Shown here: positions 53,488-64,000 of the stretch, piece by piece | Position numbering within the stretch: the stretch's first letter is position 1 | Layout: each line of letters opens with the position of its first letter | Source of the DNA: a phage | Direction: 5' to 3' (one strand) | Assembly: GCA_012813795.1 (NCBI GenBank) | Contig: GCA_012813795.1_4087.1 | Length of the DNA: 64,000 nucleotides | Position numbers and translations under genes: made by a program | The notes under the pieces: model-generated | The model's input: the letters and a program-made list of their open reading frames with translations, nothing else | The model's database searches: none | What the model was told of the DNA's origin: nothing

Positions 53488-55875
53488 TTATATTATGTCA
53501 TTCTGTAAAGCAATTCTAAATGTATCATGTACATAACGTTCATGGTCCTGTGCAAAGTATCCAAATTCAACAGCAGTTACTTCGAATTCAGTACTAACCA
53601 TAGAACTATGCTCATTGTTTTGTAACAACATTTGGAAAAATGCTTCACCCTTACCAGGCAAACAGTATGCTACTGGAATGATAGGCATGAATTTCTTCTC
53701 AATACCATCTTCGATATATGGATGGTTCATGAAGCGTGGAACTGTGTCAATCATCTCATCACTTATGCCTGGTATAGCATCCACATATAGACCACGATTG
53801 ACTAAATCAGTTGGGTCTTTAACCAAGTTTGTTGTATCTTCACCAACAGCCTTATAGATGTTTTGGCGTAAACCAAACAACTCAGCAAGTAAACCATTAT
53901 CTACATTAGTGTAAATTCGAGGGTTGGTGGATACTACAACTTGTGTTCCTTCTGGATGAAGTTCTCTAAACACCAAATCATACAGAAGATTCCCTTTGTT
54001 GTCAAGTGCTGACATGATTTTATAATTACCAATAACCATCTTGAATTTACCATTGGGAATAGTAGCCCCTGATGGATCTATAATATTCTCACGGAGAACT
54101 TTTTTCAAATCACTTAAGTTGGTGTAATTATAGTTCTGATTTACAAAGTTTTCTTTCAATAGAATTCTAGGAACTTTCTGTAACCCATATCTATCATCAG
54201 ATTGACGATGGAATCCAAAATTAGCAAATGTTTGAGTACTGATGCATTTAAACCAATCACGCTCAAACTGTACCGATGGTACAATATGTGAACTCAAATG
54301 ATTTTGTCCCAACCCACGAACGATTTTTAATTTGAAATCACCAATAACACTACTACCCTCGGTGTCATACACTTCAACCTTGAAATTCAATTTTATATCA
54401 TCATTGGCACTAAAATCAGTACTTAATGCATATGCAGTTCCTACAAGATAACCGTCAGGGGTAAGGTCCAATCCATATTTAGTTATATCATCACCACCTG
54501 CCAATACACAAGATACTTGATTCTTACTATTAGTGAGTATTCGTGGGTATACCGTATGTCCGAAATATTCACCAACATGGATGGTTCCCAAGTCTGGATC
54601 GGTGATTATCTGTATAGATGAACCTTCTGCGGCGTTTTCCAAAAATCGGAACATACGTTTCTCACCAATAATACCACTACCTAAAGATACGTCATAATAA
54701 CCTAAATCATTCCAATCTGAACTTTTGAATAATGGTTTTATCATACCTTCATCATATTCACCACTAATAACATATGGATAAACAACGTTATCCCTTAACT
54801 GGTATAAATGGTTAGGTTTGGGTTTTTCATCAGTTGCAGCAATAGTAGATACATCATTTGGACATACCCACATTTGATATGCTTTGAAACGTTGGTCGAT
54901 TGCAAAACGTTCAGCGAGTGTAATGTATGTTTTAAGAATATCTACAATTTCAATCTTAAAGTAAACATCCGTTGGTTCGGATTCATGTAAGAATGTTTGT
55001 AAGAATTGCCCATTAGGGTTAAAGGAAAGACCACTTTTTGTTATCTTCCCAGTGTCATCAACTATGTTAACTTTAACTTCTTTATTAATTCCATCAACTG
55101 GAAATGCTAAATCATCAGGGCGTAGGTAAGCTGCTTTACCTGTAACGTGTCTTGTTGGTAAATCCTGTTCAGTTATATCCAGTAGGCGATACGCTGGAAA
55201 GAACACACGAGGACTAGTATCGGTCGCACTATCTACATTTGGCTGGTATGGACGTTTACGACCGAAGCCTTGAATGAACAAAGTACTGTCAGAACCATAT
55301 TCAATATCACCAATGCAATATAATCGATCGTCATCTGTGATAGTTAATCCAGGGGTTACCCATATTTCTTTACTATCAAAAGTTACTGTTGCTTTGTTTG
55401 CACGCAACAAACCAGATGGTGAAATGTTCCCAAAATGCATAACATTAACTGCCTGTAAATTGAAAACAACACTCTCAACGTTGTTAAATGTACCATCACG
55501 CTTACAATGCAACTTTAGATAATAAACATCTTCACTGATTATAGTACTTGGAAGATAAAAATTATTCTTTTGTATTCTACACTTATGTCTTCCATTTAAA
55601 AACTGGTTTCCAGTGGTTCCGTCCGATAGTGGGACTAAATTTCGTGGGTCATTACCAACAAATAATGAATAATGGTTTTCAGCGTTAAAAACATTACCAA
55701 CATTATCTAAACATTGTATAGTGAAAATCATCTCTAAGTATTCGTTTTCACTTAGTGTATAGCTATCACCTGTAGTTCCTTCTTTATTGATACTTAATCT
55801 AATAAGAATGTCAGATCCTTCTTGAATATATTGAGTATCAGCCTTTAAATCCCAATACGGGGTAAAAGATGCCAT
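53488..55875 (-). CDS. large hypothetical protein
   Basis: 795 aa; no Walker or GHKL motif seen. Confidence 0.6.
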   Translation of the reverse strand: MASFTPYWDLKADTQYIQEGSDILIRLSINKEGTTGDSYTLSENEYLEMIFTIQCLDNVGNVFNAENHYSLFVGNDPRNLVPLSDGTTGNQFLNGRHKCRIQKNNFYLPSTIISEDVYYLKLHCKRDGTFNNVESVVFNLQAVNVMHFGNISPSGLLRANKATVTFDSKEIWVTPGLTITDDDRLYCIGDIEYGSDSTLFIQGFGRKRPYQPNVDSATDTSPRVFFPAYRLLDITEQDLPTRHVTGKAAYLRPDDLAFPVDGINKEVKVNIVDDTGKITKSGLSFNPNGQFLQTFLHESEPTDVYFKIEIVDILKTYITLAERFAIDQRFKAYQMWVCPNDVSTIAATDEKPKPNHLYQLRDNVVYPYVISGEYDEGMIKPLFKSSDWNDLGYYDVSLGSGIIGEKRMFRFLENAAEGSSIQIITDPDLGTIHVGEYFGHTVYPRILTNSKNQVSCVLAGGDDITKYGLDLTPDGYLVGTAYALSTDFSANDDIKLNFKVEVYDTEGSSVIGDFKLKIVRGLGQNHLSSHIVPSVQFERDWFKCISTQTFANFGFHRQSDDRYGLQKVPRILLKENFVNQNYNYTNLSDLKKVLRENIIDPSGATIPNGKFKMVIGNYKIMSALDNKGNLLYDLVFRELHPEGTQVVVSTNPRIYTNVDNGLLAELFGLRQNIYKAVGEDTTNLVKDPTDLVNRGLYVDAIPGISDEMIDTVPRFMNHPYIEDGIEKKFMPIIPVAYCLPGKGEAFFQMLLQNNEHSSMVSTEFEVTAVEFGYFAQDHERYVHDTFRIALQNDII

Positions 55876-55956
55876 TTTATTTCTCCATAGCTACTAATAT
55901 CTATAGATTATTTATATAAAGGAGGAAGGAAGACCCATAGGGTCTTCCATTATATA

Positions 55957-57369
55957 TTAATCTTCAGACTTAGGTGTAAAGTCCATTTTTAGTAATTCTT
56001 GTAGTTCTTCTTTATAGATATTCCAGATTTTATCTTGGTTATTAAGTAAATCATTATAACTATCCATTAGATCTAGATTATCTTGAATGTCTTTCAGTAC
56101 TACATCGTAATTATCTTTCGTCCAGCGATAAGATGGGAAGTTTACAATACTCTGGATATTCTCAGATGTAGCTTCGATTTCAGTATTAAGCGAAGTTACA
56201 AATTCAACCATTTCAGCACGGTTTGCAAAGCCTTTTACTTTACCAATCATGTCATTATCAAAACACTCTTTGATGAGAATCTTATAACGAACTTCGGCTG
56301 CACAGTCTTCCAGTTTCTTCTCATATCGCTTCACATAGTATTTGAAACGGAAATTTACGAAATCTTTAATCAGGTCAAGTGTACTGTCATATACACGAAC
56401 TTTACCATTTTCACCAAGAACAGTTAACAATTGAGTCATTTTCTTATTCAATCCAAAATACTCAATTACATCAGCTTCGGTCCATTTTTGAGAAATTCCG
56501 CGTGGTAGTTTGATCGTGATATCAATAACATCAGTACTATCATTATCGTAATCACGAATATCACCATCATCACTCATCTTGATTAGTTTTTCGATAAACT
56601 TTTCAATACTATAATTGGGTGGAAGACCTGTCACTTTAACAGTACTTGCGTCAATTACCTGTGCTTTACCATAAAATTCATATTTGTTTTCGTCTAGTTT
56701 AGTTACTATATCACTAGCACCAACCGATGCATAATATGGTGTCATTTCTTTAAGGGGTTTCCCTTCAATTGCACGAATACAGTTCTTTATTACATCCTCA
56801 ATCTTATGTGGAAGAATTGTACTCTTATACCCTACTGACATACTATCATTACCAAACAATGCTAATGGGATGATAGGTAGGAAGTGTACTGGTTCCATTG
56901 TAGTACCATCATAGTTCTCTTTCATTGGAATTATATCCATATCACGTAGAACTAATGCTTCAGTCGTTTTTGTCTTTTTGACGTAGGTATAACGAGCAGA
57001 TGCCGGAGTACTGTTAACTTGTGTCCCGAAACCACCACGCTTACCAATCAGTGGGTAGTTGTTAGCAACTGGACTAGCTAGGTTTTGTAATGTTCCTGAT
57101 GCAGATGTGTCACCATGAACGTAAATCCCATCACTGATCATACGACCTGCACATGAAACAGTTTTAATCTCCCCACTGATTTTGGATAATGTGAAGATTG
57201 CTTTACGTTGAGAACTCTTGAGTCCGTCAATCCCTGGGATAGCACGGTCAAGTGTGTACATTGAGTATTCTAATGATGTAGTATTGACATAATCTGAACT
57301 TTTATAATCAAGTAAAGTTAGAGTTAATTCATCAACATTTGTATTAGTGTTTTTCTTACTTTTAGCCAT
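55957..57369 (-). CDS. gp52: DNA topoisomerase II medium subunit (T4 gp52-like, GyrA-type)
   Basis: RAIPGIDGLKSSQRKAIF and active-site region SARYTYV. Confidence 0.85.
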   Translation of the reverse strand: MAKSKKNTNTNVDELTLTLLDYKSSDYVNTTSLEYSMYTLDRAIPGIDGLKSSQRKAIFTLSKISGEIKTVSCAGRMISDGIYVHGDTSASGTLQNLASPVANNYPLIGKRGGFGTQVNSTPASARYTYVKKTKTTEALVLRDMDIIPMKENYDGTTMEPVHFLPIIPLALFGNDSMSVGYKSTILPHKIEDVIKNCIRAIEGKPLKEMTPYYASVGASDIVTKLDENKYEFYGKAQVIDASTVKVTGLPPNYSIEKFIEKLIKMSDDGDIRDYDNDSTDVIDITIKLPRGISQKWTEADVIEYFGLNKKMTQLLTVLGENGKVRVYDSTLDLIKDFVNFRFKYYVKRYEKKLEDCAAEVRYKILIKECFDNDMIGKVKGFANRAEMVEFVTSLNTEIEATSENIQSIVNFPSYRWTKDNYDVVLKDIQDNLDLMDSYNDLLNNQDKIWNIYKEELQELLKMDFTPKSED

Positions 57370-57417
57370 TCCATTGTCTCTTTGTTAAGCGGGGAACACC
57401 ATGTCCCCCTTATTACA

Positions 57418-59382
57418 TTATTCCATCCAGTTTTTACGATCATCAGCACGTTTCTTGTTGAAAATCAAATCTAATGTTTCACCAAGACGACCGTCATCAG
57501 TAATTGCTACTGCAACACTATTCGTAAATGCATCGCGGAAGTTACTTTTTTCGAGTGTTCCTAAACCTTTCGCACGAGTTGCTTTCCACCCTTTCCAATC
57601 TTCAGGAATATATTCATGGACGTTATGACCATAAAAATACTTAGATTCCTTACCTTTCTCCAAGATAATAAATGGAGTTTTGAATACGTATACAAACGGA
57701 TTATCAGGATCTTGGAATAATTCGGGCCAGAATTTGTACAAGAAGTTACAAACTAGTGCACCAATGTTCTTACCATCCTCATCTTCGTCCGCACAGATAT
57801 ATAGCTTACCGTAATTCAAATCAGCACGGTCAGCTTTAACTCCAGGGACCAAGTTGATGCTTGCCATTATATCATGCAATGCCATAGAATCCATTAATTC
57901 TTTGGTTTTCTCATTCCCACTAACGTTCATAATCTTACCACGCAATGGGAGGATACCATGAATACTAGGAATACGAGCACTTGCCATGTTGGAAATAGCA
58001 GAGTCACCTTCCGCAACCAATAGAATACATTGTGAACGGTCAGTTCCAGTACTATCAAGTAGTTTTGCAACTTTACCTTTCAAAAGTTTCTTGGCAAGGC
58101 GACGGTCTTCTTCTGCGTCTTTCTTATTAGTACGGGCAGCACAACGTTCAAAAATCTCATCAACCCATTCTTTATTTTTCTTGACCAATTCATCAAACCA
58201 GTCAGTACTCATAGCTTGCTGAATAGGACGAATTACATTTTCATTAGTCAACTTAGATTTAATCTGTGAGTTGAATGATGGTGCTTTCATTGTAGTTACA
58301 TTGTAAATCAACAAACCTTCTTCAATATCAGAACGGTTTGGTTTCATCTTACGCTTCTTCGCTTCTTTCTCTAATGCAGTTCCTACCCCTAAAGAGAAGA
58401 ATTTCTTGAAGGTATCTAGATGTGTACCACCATCAAATGCTGGAGCATTATTCACAAGACCATGCATATGGAAGTTTGTGTTCATACCAGATACAGCATT
58501 AGGTACAATATAAAACGTACTATTGAAATTGAATGATTCATCTTTAACATTCAATGACATTAGTTTTGAAGCATTAAAGAGTGCCTTTTCTGTGCTTCCT
58601 TTAATTGCAATACGTTTACCATTCAAGAAGATTTTGTATGTTGGGTTCGCTGCTGCCATTTCTTTTAGAATACTATAAAGTAATTCAGTTGGTAGCTTGC
58701 GATTAGGAAATACTTCTTTACTTAGGGTAAAGCGAATAGTTGTACCAGTTTTATCGGATTGTACTTTTCGAATAGTTGGTTCATGTACATGAAGTTCAGG
58801 GAACATAATTGTACCTTCTTCAAACTTCTGTGTATATTTGTACATACCATCATAACCGTCATTACTGGATTGCGTTTTATATGGACGTCCGGTTCGGTGA
58901 ATTTCAAGTTCTGCTTTAGAGCTAACAATCATAGCCACAGAACCACCTAGACCGTTTTGACCGATTGTTTCATCACGCTTAGAATCATCAAAGTTACGAC
59001 CAGTTTTAGTTTCAGTCATTACCATCGTACAGAGGTTTTTCTCATACTCTGGGACATAATCAATCGGAATACCACGACCATTATCACTGATTTCGAAGGA
59101 AAGGTCTTCTTCATTGAAATCAACTTTCAGTACTGGTTCTTTCGTACCAGCTTTTTTGAATTCATCAAGACTGTTATCAATAATTTCACGAGTTGCAGTA
59201 AGAATTGCAGGAACCCATTCCATATTTTTTACAGCATAATCATTTTCACCAAAAATCAGTACTTGACTTTCGTGAATAGAACGAGAACCAAGATACATCT
59301 CAGTACGTAGACGAGCATGTTGATAATCGTTTAGACGTTGAACGTCATGTTCTTGTAGAACAGCACTTTCTTTCTTAGCCAT
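57418..59382 (-). CDS. gp39: DNA topoisomerase II large subunit (T4 gp39 + gp60 equivalent, GyrB-type)
   Basis: GHKL motif ISDNGRGIP; Toprim motifs LLVAEGDSA and ICADEDEDG; 654 aa is consistent with an unsplit 39/60 gene. Confidence 0.85.
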   Translation of the reverse strand: MAKKESAVLQEHDVQRLNDYQHARLRTEMYLGSRSIHESQVLIFGENDYAVKNMEWVPAILTATREIIDNSLDEFKKAGTKEPVLKVDFNEEDLSFEISDNGRGIPIDYVPEYEKNLCTMVMTETKTGRNFDDSKRDETIGQNGLGGSVAMIVSSKAELEIHRTGRPYKTQSSNDGYDGMYKYTQKFEEGTIMFPELHVHEPTIRKVQSDKTGTTIRFTLSKEVFPNRKLPTELLYSILKEMAAANPTYKIFLNGKRIAIKGSTEKALFNASKLMSLNVKDESFNFNSTFYIVPNAVSGMNTNFHMHGLVNNAPAFDGGTHLDTFKKFFSLGVGTALEKEAKKRKMKPNRSDIEEGLLIYNVTTMKAPSFNSQIKSKLTNENVIRPIQQAMSTDWFDELVKKNKEWVDEIFERCAARTNKKDAEEDRRLAKKLLKGKVAKLLDSTGTDRSQCILLVAEGDSAISNMASARIPSIHGILPLRGKIMNVSGNEKTKELMDSMALHDIMASINLVPGVKADRADLNYGKLYICADEDEDGKNIGALVCNFLYKFWPELFQDPDNPFVYVFKTPFIILEKGKESKYFYGHNVHEYIPEDWKGWKATRAKGLGTLEKSNFRDAFTNSVAVAITDDGRLGETLDLIFNKKRADDRKNWME

Positions 59383-59482
59383 TTTAATTCCTTTTAGTGT
59401 CTCTGTGTCTTGTGATATTGTATCACGAAAAGTTTATTTGTCTCAAAAAGAATTCGGAGAGCATAAAGCCCCCCGAATATAA

Positions 59483-59869
59483 TTACAAAAGAAGTAATCC
59501 AAAAATGATAACATAATGGGTAAAATGATGAATCATTTGATCATACCCTAACCACCACCAAAATTCAGCATCTTGTGGTGTGTGTTGTTTAGAGCCAACA
59601 ACTTTAACTCGGTCCATTACAAAATGAACAACTGCATCAATTGCAAGAAGCATGAAAAACACCTTCCACGTTGTTCCAATATAACAAGCAAAAATTGCAA
59701 TAATTATTGCAGTTCCTAATACATGAACAGCAACGTGTGCTGCCAATGGTAGAAACCACCCATGCTCTTTAAATTTACCAAGCATGTATTTGCCTTGGAA
59801 TATATAATCACACAGAAAATGTTTTATTTGAAATAATGCCAATAGCCCAAAAACTAAAAGTATACTCAT
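59483..59869 (-). CDS. hypothetical membrane protein
   Basis: 128 aa with several TM helices. Confidence 0.5.
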   Translation of the reverse strand: MSILLVFGLLALFQIKHFLCDYIFQGKYMLGKFKEHGWFLPLAAHVAVHVLGTAIIIAIFACYIGTTWKVFFMLLAIDAVVHFVMDRVKVVGSKQHTPQDAEFWWWLGYDQMIHHFTHYVIIFGLLLL

Positions 59870-59878
59870 ATAGTATCC

Positions 59879-60733
59879 TTATTTAACAAGGAGTAATTGT
59901 AACTCAGCACTTGGGCTTGTCTCATCATCACTCCAATATTTGTGAACTTTTTCTGGTGTTGCCTTTGCTAAAACTTCACCACCACCAACAATGTACACTT
60001 GATGTGATCCAATTAGTCTAGTCCAAAATTTAATTGCATCATCAGTGTGTAAACTATCACTAAGTATAGCGTAGCCGTGCTTTAGCATATCCATAAAGAT
60101 AGTGTAAATGATACCTTTTGTGCCTGTTTTAGATGCAGTTGCTGCGATTTCGAAAACATTCTGAACACCTAGTACTGCATCATTAGAAGTATAACCACTA
60201 ACAATAGCTAGTTGTTTACCGCTCTTATCATATGCGATAAAACCAGTACCATTCTTATTCTGATAAACGTCATAATCATTGTGCTTAGCAAAGATTACCA
60301 TGTTATGCTTACCTGTCATTTCTGCTGTCTTATCTACAAACTCATCACGGTCTTGGCCCTGAAAACTATCAAAGCGTTGTGGCATTTCTTCCAACTTCTC
60401 AGTATTTTCATAGAAGTGATGTTCTTTATTTTGACAACACTGTTCACACTCACAATCATCTGCGTGTACATCCATTGTATCATCAATTTCAGGATTGTCC
60501 TGTGCAATTTCTGCATCTTGAATGATATCCACCCAACCTTTCATTGAAGATTCAGTAGTTTTCTTTTTAACGTGTTGGGGCAACTTCGCCCCCTTTTTAA
60601 GATTTCCAGCTTTTTCATCAGCATGATTCCATTCCTTAGCAGTATCTGTTGATACACCATGTGATTTTGCAATCTCTGGGTCATGTGCCATAGCAGCAAA
60701 TAGTCTTGCTTGACTCTTAGATTTAGATGGCAT
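59879..60733 (-). CDS. hypothetical protein
   Basis: 284-aa ORF. Confidence 0.5.
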   Translation of the reverse strand: MPSKSKSQARLFAAMAHDPEIAKSHGVSTDTAKEWNHADEKAGNLKKGAKLPQHVKKKTTESSMKGWVDIIQDAEIAQDNPEIDDTMDVHADDCECEQCCQNKEHHFYENTEKLEEMPQRFDSFQGQDRDEFVDKTAEMTGKHNMVIFAKHNDYDVYQNKNGTGFIAYDKSGKQLAIVSGYTSNDAVLGVQNVFEIAATASKTGTKGIIYTIFMDMLKHGYAILSDSLHTDDAIKFWTRLIGSHQVYIVGGGEVLAKATPEKVHKYWSDDETSPSAELQLLLVK

Positions 60734-61658
60734 TTTTAATATCTCCTATTAAGTTCTCTAATATAGTTCGGTGATTTTGTTTATAATTTATTCGTATCAA
60801 ATTGATATTGTTAATATTACAAAAATTAGTTTTTATCAAATCACGTTTTTTAATATTAATCAATTCGTCAACACCACCCCAATGTTCCTTTTCGACGTAA
60901 TGCTGTTCACCATCATATTCTATACATATATTATAATCTGGTAAATAAAAATCAAAAGGTAATGGGTTTATATTCTTACAATCATCAAACTTATATTCTG
61001 TTATGTATTTAATTTTATTAATAGTGAGTATGTGACTAATATCTTGAACAGCTTTGGATATTTTATTATTACATAAGGAACAACCTTTTCCAGCTTGATG
61101 GTCAGAAAGTCTTTGGAAATAATAACCATGATTTGGGCAACCAATTTCAACAATATCATTCATATATTCATAATCTAATTTAGAATAATCATACTTATTA
61201 TTATGTATAAAATTACATTTATTAATAACTTTTTCTTTAGATTTTTTTCTTTTATTACCAATTACCACATTAGCACATTTTTTACATCCCTTCCCATCCA
61301 AATGAGAATTAACGGTTTGATAAAACATACCATGATTTTCACATGGACAAAATATTTTGATGGTTGTGGAATGTGATATTTTTTCGCAATATTCATATAT
61401 ATACTTATTGTTATGTATAACATTTGAACGTTCTATAAATTTATCATATGTTAATTTCGCATTACCTGAACACTCTGGACAACCGCCACCATTTCTATGA
61501 TAATAAGCATCTTGTACAAATTCACCATGAAAAGGACATATTATAATTATATTTGATTTTATTTTTATCAAATCAGTTTGAGTGTAATCATAAAAGAAAT
61601 TATGTTTTAAATGACATGAAATTATATATTCTTTCAATGTTATTTTAGGTCGCCCCAT
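60723..61658 (-). CDS. putative homing endonuclease (zinc-finger repeats plus Vsr-like nuclease domain)
   Basis: Three repeats of HNNKY...C..HG.F...H..G.GC..C; C-terminal FDFYLPDYNICIEYDGEQH resembles PD-(D/E)xK; gene is much more AT-rich than flanks. Confidence 0.5.
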   Translation of the reverse strand: MGRPKITLKEYIISCHLKHNFFYDYTQTDLIKIKSNIIIICPFHGEFVQDAYYHRNGGGCPECSGNAKLTYDKFIERSNVIHNNKYIYEYCEKISHSTTIKIFCPCENHGMFYQTVNSHLDGKGCKKCANVVIGNKRKKSKEKVINKCNFIHNNKYDYSKLDYEYMNDIVEIGCPNHGYYFQRLSDHQAGKGCSLCNNKISKAVQDISHILTINKIKYITEYKFDDCKNINPLPFDFYLPDYNICIEYDGEQHYVEKEHWGGVDELINIKKRDLIKTNFCNINNINLIRINYKQNHRTILENLIGDIKNAI

Positions 61659-61661
61659 GAA

Positions 61662-64000
<2,339 letters not shown>

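Noticed and set aside
53488-55875. Calling the 795-aa protein rIIA
   Set aside because: No GHKL ATPase-like motif was visible; the idea rests on genomic position only.

Overview
This window reads as a contiguous early-region segment of a large, AT-rich virulent phage with T4-like replication genes; no host genes or integration junctions are visible. Almost all genes lie on the minus strand, tightly packed and often translationally coupled (ATGA/TAATG overlaps), and are driven by repeated sigma70-type promoters (TTGACA-N17-TATAAT, GTACTG in the spacer). Recognisable genes: topoisomerase II large and medium subunits (gp39/60 fusion and gp52), a gp44-like clamp loader, HAD nucleotidase, GroES-like co-chaperonin, DEDDh exonuclease, sigma-70-family factor, HslV-like peptidase, PTH2 peptidyl-tRNA hydrolase, NADAR-like protein, a C5 cytosine methyltransferase split by a LAGLIDADG intein, three homing-endonuclease-like genes and a tRNA cluster (Thr, Asn, Met, two Ser, plus aberrant tRNA-like elements). 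The main candidate for something undescribed is a paralog family of about 18 small proteins with variable N-terminal domains and a shared C-terminal (S/T)EE-x-(F/Y)FQ-x-S-L motif, mostly in two tandem arrays, one of which has the PTH2 gene embedded. A second small family (about 6 tandem 55-60 aa ORFs starting MTHEEW) is interleaved with the tRNAs. All calls are from manual reading of the six-frame translations and hand-folding; no database search or program was run, so family assignments rest on remembered motifs and are hypotheses.
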